A stretch of DNA of 64,000 nucleotides from Alphaproteobacteria bacterium. GTDB lineage: Bacteria; Pseudomonadota; Alphaproteobacteria; UBA828. Every line of letters begins with the position of its first letter. Positions within the stretch are counted from its first letter, which is position 1. The notes beneath the pieces are model-generated. The model searched no databases. It saw only the letters and a program-made list of their open reading frames with translations, and was not told where the DNA came from. This document shows positions 58,783 to 64,000 of this stretch, one piece after another. Position numbers and translations under genes: made by a program. Location: positions 64,001 through 128,000 of the forward strand of contig CAXXVO010000007.1 in assembly GCA_963422645.2 (NCBI GenBank), written 5' to 3'.

Positions 58783-60066
58783 ATGGACAGTATTCGCATC
58801 AGGGGCGGCCGCCCGCTTCAGGGCGAGATCGAGATCTTTGGCGCCAAGAACGCGGCCCTGCCGCTGATGGCGGCGTGCCTGCTGACCGAAGAAACCCTCA
58901 CGCTCGCCAACATCCCGCACCTCTCCGACATCACGACGCTCGCGCACCTTCTCGCCCAGCACGGCGTCGAGATCGGCATGGACGGCCACGCGCGGCACGG
59001 CGGCAATGCCGGGCGGGTGCTCTCGCTCCGGGCTCGCCAGATCACCAGCACCACGGCGCCCTACGAGCTGGTGAGCCAGATGCGCGCCTCCGTCCTGGTG
59101 CTGGGCCCGCTGCTCGCCCGCACGGGGCGGGCGACCGTCTCGCTCCCCGGCGGCTGCGCCATCGGCACGCGCCCCGTGGACCTGCACGTCGACGGGCTCA
59201 CCCGTCTCGGCGCCCGGATCGTGCTCGAAGACGGCGACATCCGGGCGCACGCGCCCGGGCGGCTGCGCGGGGCCGAGATCAGACTGCCCTTCGCCTCGGT
59301 GGGGGCGACCGAGAACCTGATGATGGCGGCGACGCTGGCGGAGGGCGAGACGGTCATTCGCAACGCCGCGCGCGAGCCGGAGATCACCGATCTCGCCTTC
59401 TGCCTGAACGCGATGGGCGCGGAGATCGGCGGAATCGGCACCGACGAACTCGTGATCCAGGGCAAGGAATCGCTCTCCGGCACCGAGCATCACGTGTTGG
59501 GCGATCGGATCGAAGCCGGCACCTATGCGCTCGCCGCCGCCATCGTGGGCGGCGATGTCGAGCTTGCCGGCGCGCCGGCGGCGCTGCTGCGCTCTTTGCT
59601 CGAGTATCTGGAGGCCACCGGAGTCACCATCACCGAGACGCCGCGCGGGCTCAGGGTGCGCGGCAACGGCCGGCCCGCGGCTGCGGACGTGACGACCCGG
59701 CCCTATCCCGGCTTCCCCACCGACCTGCAGGCGCAGGCGATGGCGCTGATGACGGTCGCGGACGGGGCCGCGATGATCACCGAGACGATCTTCGAGAACC
59801 GCTTCATGCACGTGCAGGAGCTGCGCCGCATGGGCGCGGATATCGCGGTGCGGGGCGCCACCGCCCTGGTGCGGGGCGTCGCGTCGCTGACCGGCGCGCA
59901 GGTGATGGCCACCGACCTCAGGGCCTCGTCGTCGCTGGTCCTTGCGGGGCTCGCCGCCGAGGGTGAGACCGTGGTGCATCGCGTCTACCACCTCGATCGC
60001 GGCTACGAGCGGATCGAGGACAAGCTCGCGGCCTGCGGCGCCGAGATCGACCGGGTCCATCATTGA
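58783..60066 (+). CDS. murA: UDP-N-acetylglucosamine 1-carboxyvinyltransferase
   Basis: [30 protein letters not shown]. Confidence 0.98.
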   Translation: MDSIRIRGGRPLQGEIEIFGAKNAALPLMAACLLTEETLTLANIPHLSDITTLAHLLAQHGVEIGMDGHARHGGNAGRVLSLRARQITSTTAPYELVSQMRASVLVLGPLLARTGRATVSLPGGCAIGTRPVDLHVDGLTRLGARIVLEDGDIRAHAPGRLRGAEIRLPFASVGATENLMMAATLAEGETVIRNAAREPEITDLAFCLNAMGAEIGGIGTDELVIQGKESLSGTEHHVLGDRIEAGTYALAAAIVGGDVELAGAPAALLRSLLEYLEATGVTITETPRGLRVRGNGRPAAADVTTRPYPGFPTDLQAQAMALMTVADGAAMITETIFENRFMHVQELRRMGADIAVRGATALVRGVASLTGAQVMATDLRASSSLVLAGLAAEGETVVHRVYHLDRGYERIEDKLAACGAEIDRVHH

Positions 60067-60494
60067 CGGCGTGCACGCGTCTCAAGCTGCGGGCGGAGGA
60101 TGCCGGCGATCTCGCCGTGATCTCGGCATGCCTTGAGGACGCCGTCTTCGCGGTGGGCGAGATAGCCTTCGAGCCTGCCGACAGCCGCTTTGCGGCCATC
60201 GTCGTGCGCCGCTGCCGCGAGGCCGAGGGCGGCCCCGCGGGCCAGGCGCGCGCCGCGATCCACTTCGACGCGGTCTCCGCGGTCAAGCTGCGCGGCATCG
60301 ACCGCTCCGAGCCGTCACGTCTGCTCAAGCTTGCAGGGATGGTCGCCGAGCCCGGCCGGTCCGCGACCGTGGTGCGGCTCCTGTTTCAGGACGGCGGCGA
60401 GATATGGATCGAGGCCGGCCACCTCGCCTGCCTGTTCCAGGACCTGGAAGAGCCGCGAATGGCCTCGGTGCTGGAGCAGGAGGGGCGACCGTGA
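60063..60494 (+). CDS. DUF2948-like protein
   Basis: [19 protein letters not shown]; usual position after murA. Confidence 0.8.
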   Translation: MTACTRLKLRAEDAGDLAVISACLEDAVFAVGEIAFEPADSRFAAIVVRRCREAEGGPAGQARAAIHFDAVSAVKLRGIDRSEPSRLLKLAGMVAEPGRSATVVRLLFQDGGEIWIEAGHLACLFQDLEEPRMASVLEQEGRP

Positions 60495-61156
60495 GCGACG
60501 GCCTGCTGCTGGCGCTGCCCAAGGGCAGGATCGCGCGCGAGCTTTCGCCCCTGCTTGCACGCGCCGGCATCGAGCCGGAGGCCGCGTTCGCGGACGAGCA
60601 CGCGCGCCAGCTCCGCTTCGCCACCTCGGACCCGGGGCTCGGGCTGATCCAGGTTCGCAGCTTCGATGTGGCTACCTTCGTCGCCTTCGGCGCGGCCCAG
60701 CTCGGTGTCGTCGGCAACGACGTGTTGATGGAGTTCGATTATCGCGAGATCTATGCGCCGCTCGACTTGCGTATCGGTCTCTGCCGCATGGTGGTCGCGG
60801 AACCGGCGAAACTCGCGACCGGGGACGATCCCTCGCGCTGGAGCCATGTGCGGGTCGCCACCAAGTATCCGCAAGTGACGAGCCGCCATTTCGCGGCCCG
60901 CGGCGTGCAGGCCGAGTGCATCAAGCTCAGCGGCGCGATGGAGCTCGCGCCTGGATTGGGGCTCTGCCGGCGGATCGTCGATCTGGTGGGCACCGGCGCG
61001 ACGCTCCAGGCCAACGGCCTGGTCGAAGTGGAGCACATCGCCGATATCTCCGCCCGGCTCGTGGTCAACCGCACTGCGCTCAAGACCCGGGCCGGCGAGC
61101 TCCGGGCCTGGATCGAGCGCTTCGGCGAGGCGGTGAATGGCACACAGGCTGGATAG
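60491..61156 (+). CDS. hisG: ATP phosphoribosyltransferase, short form
   Basis: [35 protein letters not shown]. Confidence 0.96.
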   Translation: MSDGLLLALPKGRIARELSPLLARAGIEPEAAFADEHARQLRFATSDPGLGLIQVRSFDVATFVAFGAAQLGVVGNDVLMEFDYREIYAPLDLRIGLCRMVVAEPAKLATGDDPSRWSHVRVATKYPQVTSRHFAARGVQAECIKLSGAMELAPGLGLCRRIVDLVGTGATLQANGLVEVEHIADISARLVVNRTALKTRAGELRAWIERFGEAVNGTQAG

Positions 61157-62438
61157 CGCGGGCGCGGACTTCGACGCTGCCTTCGACGCCCTGCTCGCGG
61201 CGCGGCGGGGGGTGGCCGAGGACGTCGATCGCGACGCGGCAGCGATCGTGGACGCGGTGCGCGAAGGCGGCGATGCGGCGCTGCTCGACTACACGGCACG
61301 CTTCGATCGCTTGGCGCTCACGCCCGACACCATTCGCCTGTCAGCAGACGAAGCCGCCGCGCAGGCCGCCGCCGCGCCCGAAGCCGTGCGCGACGCGCTA
61401 TTGCAGGCGGCCGCACGGATCGAGGCCTTCCACGCCCGCCTGATGCCGGCCGACCTCGACTACCGCGACGAGGCCGGGGTCAGGCTGGGCGCCCGCTGGC
61501 GCCCGCTGGATGCGGTCGGGCTCTACGTGCCGGGCGGCACCGCCGCCTATCCGAGCACCGTGCTGATGAACGCTGTCCCCGCGCGGGTCGCGGGCGTGCG
61601 GCGCATCGCCATGGTGGTGCCGACACCGGACGGCGCGCTCGATGCGGCGGTGATGGCCGCTGCCGAGATCGTCGGCGTCACCGAGATCTATCGGGTCGGC
61701 GGCGCGCAGGCCGTCGCCGCGCTTGCCTATGGCACCGAGACCATCGCGCCGGTGGACAAGATCGTGGGCCCCGGCAACGCCTATGTCGCCGCCGCCAAGC
61801 GGCTGGTGTTCGGGACCGTCGGCATCGACATGATCGCGGGCCCTTCGGAAATCCTGGTGGTCGCCGACAACGCCAACGAGCCGGAATGGATCGCCGCGGA
61901 CCTGCTCTCCCAGGCCGAGCACGACGGCGACGCGCAGGCGATCCTCATCACCGACGACGGCGCGTTCGCAGACCGGGTGACGGAGGCGGTGGCGGCGCAT
62001 CTGGCGCGGCTTCCGCGCGCGAACATCGCCGCCGCGAGCTGGCGGGATCACGGCGCGGTCATCGTCGTCGGCGCCCTCGACGAGGCACCGCCGCTGATCA
62101 ATCGCCTCGCGCCCGAGCATCTGGAGCTCGCGGTGGCTGAGCCCGCCCGGCTGGCAGAGGATGTGACCAGCGCCGGTGCCATCTTCCTCGGCCGCTACAC
62201 GCCGGAGGCCATCGGCGACTACGTGGCCGGCCCCAACCATGTGCTGCCGACGGCCCGCAGCGCCCGCTTCTCCTCGGGCCTCTCGCCTCTGGACTTTCTC
62301 AAGCGCACGACCTTCGTCGGCTGCGACGCCGCGAGCCTCGCGCAAATCGGCCCGGCGGCCGTGACGCTCGCCGAAGCCGAGGGGCTCCATGCCCACGCGC
62401 TCTCGGTGGCGCTCAGGCTCGGCGGCGGCTCGGAGTGA
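61137..62438 (+). CDS. hisD: Histidinol dehydrogenase
   Basis: [37 protein letters not shown]. Confidence 0.98.
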   Translation: MAHRLDSAGADFDAAFDALLAARRGVAEDVDRDAAAIVDAVREGGDAALLDYTARFDRLALTPDTIRLSADEAAAQAAAAPEAVRDALLQAAARIEAFHARLMPADLDYRDEAGVRLGARWRPLDAVGLYVPGGTAAYPSTVLMNAVPARVAGVRRIAMVVPTPDGALDAAVMAAAEIVGVTEIYRVGGAQAVAALAYGTETIAPVDKIVGPGNAYVAAAKRLVFGTVGIDMIAGPSEILVVADNANEPEWIAADLLSQAEHDGDAQAILITDDGAFADRVTEAVAAHLARLPRANIAAASWRDHGAVIVVGALDEAPPLINRLAPEHLELAVAEPARLAEDVTSAGAIFLGRYTPEAIGDYVAGPNHVLPTARSARFSSGLSPLDFLKRTTFVGCDAASLAQIGPAAVTLAEAEGLHAHALSVALRLGGGSE

Positions 62439-62442
62439 AAGG

Positions 62443-62928
62443 GTGGGTGGGAACCCGGCCGGCACGGACCGGCTGGTGGAGGTCGTGCTGGACCCGAGCG
62501 CCGGCTTTCGGCGGGGCCCGGACTACGAGCACGAGCGACGCATCGCCATCCACGACCTGCTGGAGGAGAGCAGCTTCGCGCCGACCGCAGGATCAGGCGG
62601 ACCCTATCGTCTGCGCATCGGCCGCGAGGAGGGGCGGCTGCTCCTCGATGTCGATGACGACATGGGCGTGCCGCAGGTCCAGGCCGTGCTGCTGCTGGCT
62701 GCGCTGCGCCAGACGCTGCGCGACTACGCGACGATCTGCGACACCTACCACGACGCCATCCGAAGCGCGCCGCGTTCGCGCATCGAGGCCATCGACATGG
62801 GCCGCCGCGCCTGCCACAACGACGGTGCCGAGATCATCCGGCGGGAGCTGGCCGGCACCATCGATTTCGACGAGACGACGGCGCGGCGGCTGTTCACGCT
62901 CGTCCATGCGCTGCATGTCCGGCTCTAG
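62443..62928 (+). CDS. UPF0262-family protein
   Basis: EHERRIAI.DLLEE, IEAIDMGRR..HN.G, TARRLFTL. Confidence 0.9.
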   Translation: MGGNPAGTDRLVEVVLDPSAGFRRGPDYEHERRIAIHDLLEESSFAPTAGSGGPYRLRIGREEGRLLLDVDDDMGVPQVQAVLLLAALRQTLRDYATICDTYHDAIRSAPRSRIEAIDMGRRACHNDGAEIIRRELAGTIDFDETTARRLFTLVHALHVRL

Positions 62929-62936
62929 CCCCCGCC

Positions 62937-63383
62937 ATGGGCACGCTCCCCGGCAGCATCCTCTTCGCCTGCACCTGGAATTCCGTGCGCTCGCCCATGG
63001 CGGAAGGGCTGATGAAGAGCCTCTTCGGCACCCGGCTCTTCGTCGATTCGGCAGGCGTGCGCAGCGGCGGCGGGCGTGATCCCTTCGCGGTCCTCGTCAT
63101 GGCGGAAATCGGGATCGACATCGGCGGCCACCGGCCCAAGACCTTCGACGAGCTCGAAAGCGACTCATTCGACATGGTGGTCTCGCTCTCGCCGGAAGCG
63201 CAGCACAGGGCGATCGAGCTCACCCGCACCGCCCATTGCGAGATCGAGTTCTGGCACACCCTCGATCCCAGCATCGTCGAGGGCAACCGTGAGACCCGGT
63301 TGTTCGCCTACCGGGAGGTGCGGGACGGGCTCATGGCGAAGCTGCGCGAGCGCTTCGGCACTTCCCGACCGCCGGTGGTCTGA
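62937..63383 (+). CDS. Low-molecular-weight phosphatase / ArsC-like protein
   Basis: ILFACTWNSVRSPMAE P-loop. Confidence 0.9.
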   Translation: MGTLPGSILFACTWNSVRSPMAEGLMKSLFGTRLFVDSAGVRSGGGRDPFAVLVMAEIGIDIGGHRPKTFDELESDSFDMVVSLSPEAQHRAIELTRTAHCEIEFWHTLDPSIVEGNRETRLFAYREVRDGLMAKLRERFGTSRPPVV

Positions 63384-63385
63384 GC

Positions 63386-64000
63386 GTGCCCCCTGCCCTG
63401 CCAGCGGCTCGCCCGCCCCTGGTGCTCGCCTCGGCGTCGCCCCGCCGCCGCGTGCTGCTGGAGCAGATCGGCTACGCGCCGGACGCCGTGGAGCCTGCGG
63501 CTCTCGACGAGGCCGTGCTCCCGGGCGAGCGGCCGGAGGCGCACGCGGCCCGGCTCGCCCACGAGAAAGCCGCATCCGTCGCGGCGCGCCATCCGGGAGC
63601 CTTCGTCCTCGGCGCCGATACGGTGGTGGCATGCGGCCTGCGCATCCTGGACAAGGCGGAGACCGAGGAGAGCGCACGGCGCTGCCTCTCGCTCCTCTCG
63701 GGCCGGCGTCACAGGGTCTTTGGCGGGGTCACCGTGATCGACCCAACGGGCCGGGCCGTGAGCCGCCTGGTGCGCACCGCCGTGGCCTTCAAGCGGCTCT
63801 CGGCGGAGGAAATGGAGGACTATCTCGCCGGCGCCGAGTGGCAGGGGAAGGCCGGCGGCTACGCAATCCAGGGGCGGGCGGCGGCCTTCGTTCGCTTCGT
63901 GGGTGGCTCCTATTCCAACGTGGTGGGGCTGCCGCTGCACGAGACCTATGGGCTGCTGGTCGGCCTCGGCTTGCCGCCCCGGCCTACCGGCCCCATGTGA
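63386..64000 (+). CDS. maf: Maf-family nucleotide pyrophosphatase
   Basis: LVLASASPRR, GADTVV, GKAGGYAIQG, SNVVGLPL. Confidence 0.95.
   Translation: MPPALPAARPPLVLASASPRRRVLLEQIGYAPDAVEPAALDEAVLPGERPEAHAARLAHEKAASVAARHPGAFVLGADTVVACGLRILDKAETEESARRCLSLLSGRRHRVFGGVTVIDPTGRAVSRLVRTAVAFKRLSAEEMEDYLAGAEWQGKAGGYAIQGRAAAFVRFVGGSYSNVVGLPLHETYGLLVGLGLPPRPTGPM

Overview
This is a high-GC alphaproteobacterial chromosome segment (Rhodospirillales-like gene content), probably near the replication origin. The left part holds the 3' end of rho, an orphan aldolase-like/PfkB pair, the DUF6489-ferredoxin-mnmE-mnmG-rsmG-parA-parB block with a perfect parS site, an IS66 and tRNA-Ser(GCT). The right end holds murA-hisG-hisD-maf. 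Between tRNA-Ser and murA lies about 44 kb of accessory DNA: a Liv-type ABC transporter with two tandem Rieske oxygenases, sugar/inositol ABC transporters with iolB/iolC, and several IS elements (IS21, two IS1595, an IS256 remnant). The first Rieske gene is split by a 22,672-bp element (21071-43742) with TG...CA ends, a 5-bp target duplication (GACCA) and repeated transposase-binding sites, the hallmarks of a Mu-type transposable prophage. The element has no tail genes and has lost most of its transposase/ATPase genes and the 5' part of terL. It keeps portal, protease/scaffold, capsid and head-completion genes, and carries a foreign primase/helicase/ExeA module at its right end. It also carries conflict and regulatory cargo: a frameshifted MuF-nuclease followed by a structured RNA-like element, a TM-protein plus ThsB-like TIR pair (both broken), an Acb2/Tad1-like protein, DnaA_N-GcrA-like and LmbU-like regulators, and a Dam methylase with an anti-Shine-Dalgarno leader. 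Family assignments come from motif recognition by eye; no database searches were run.
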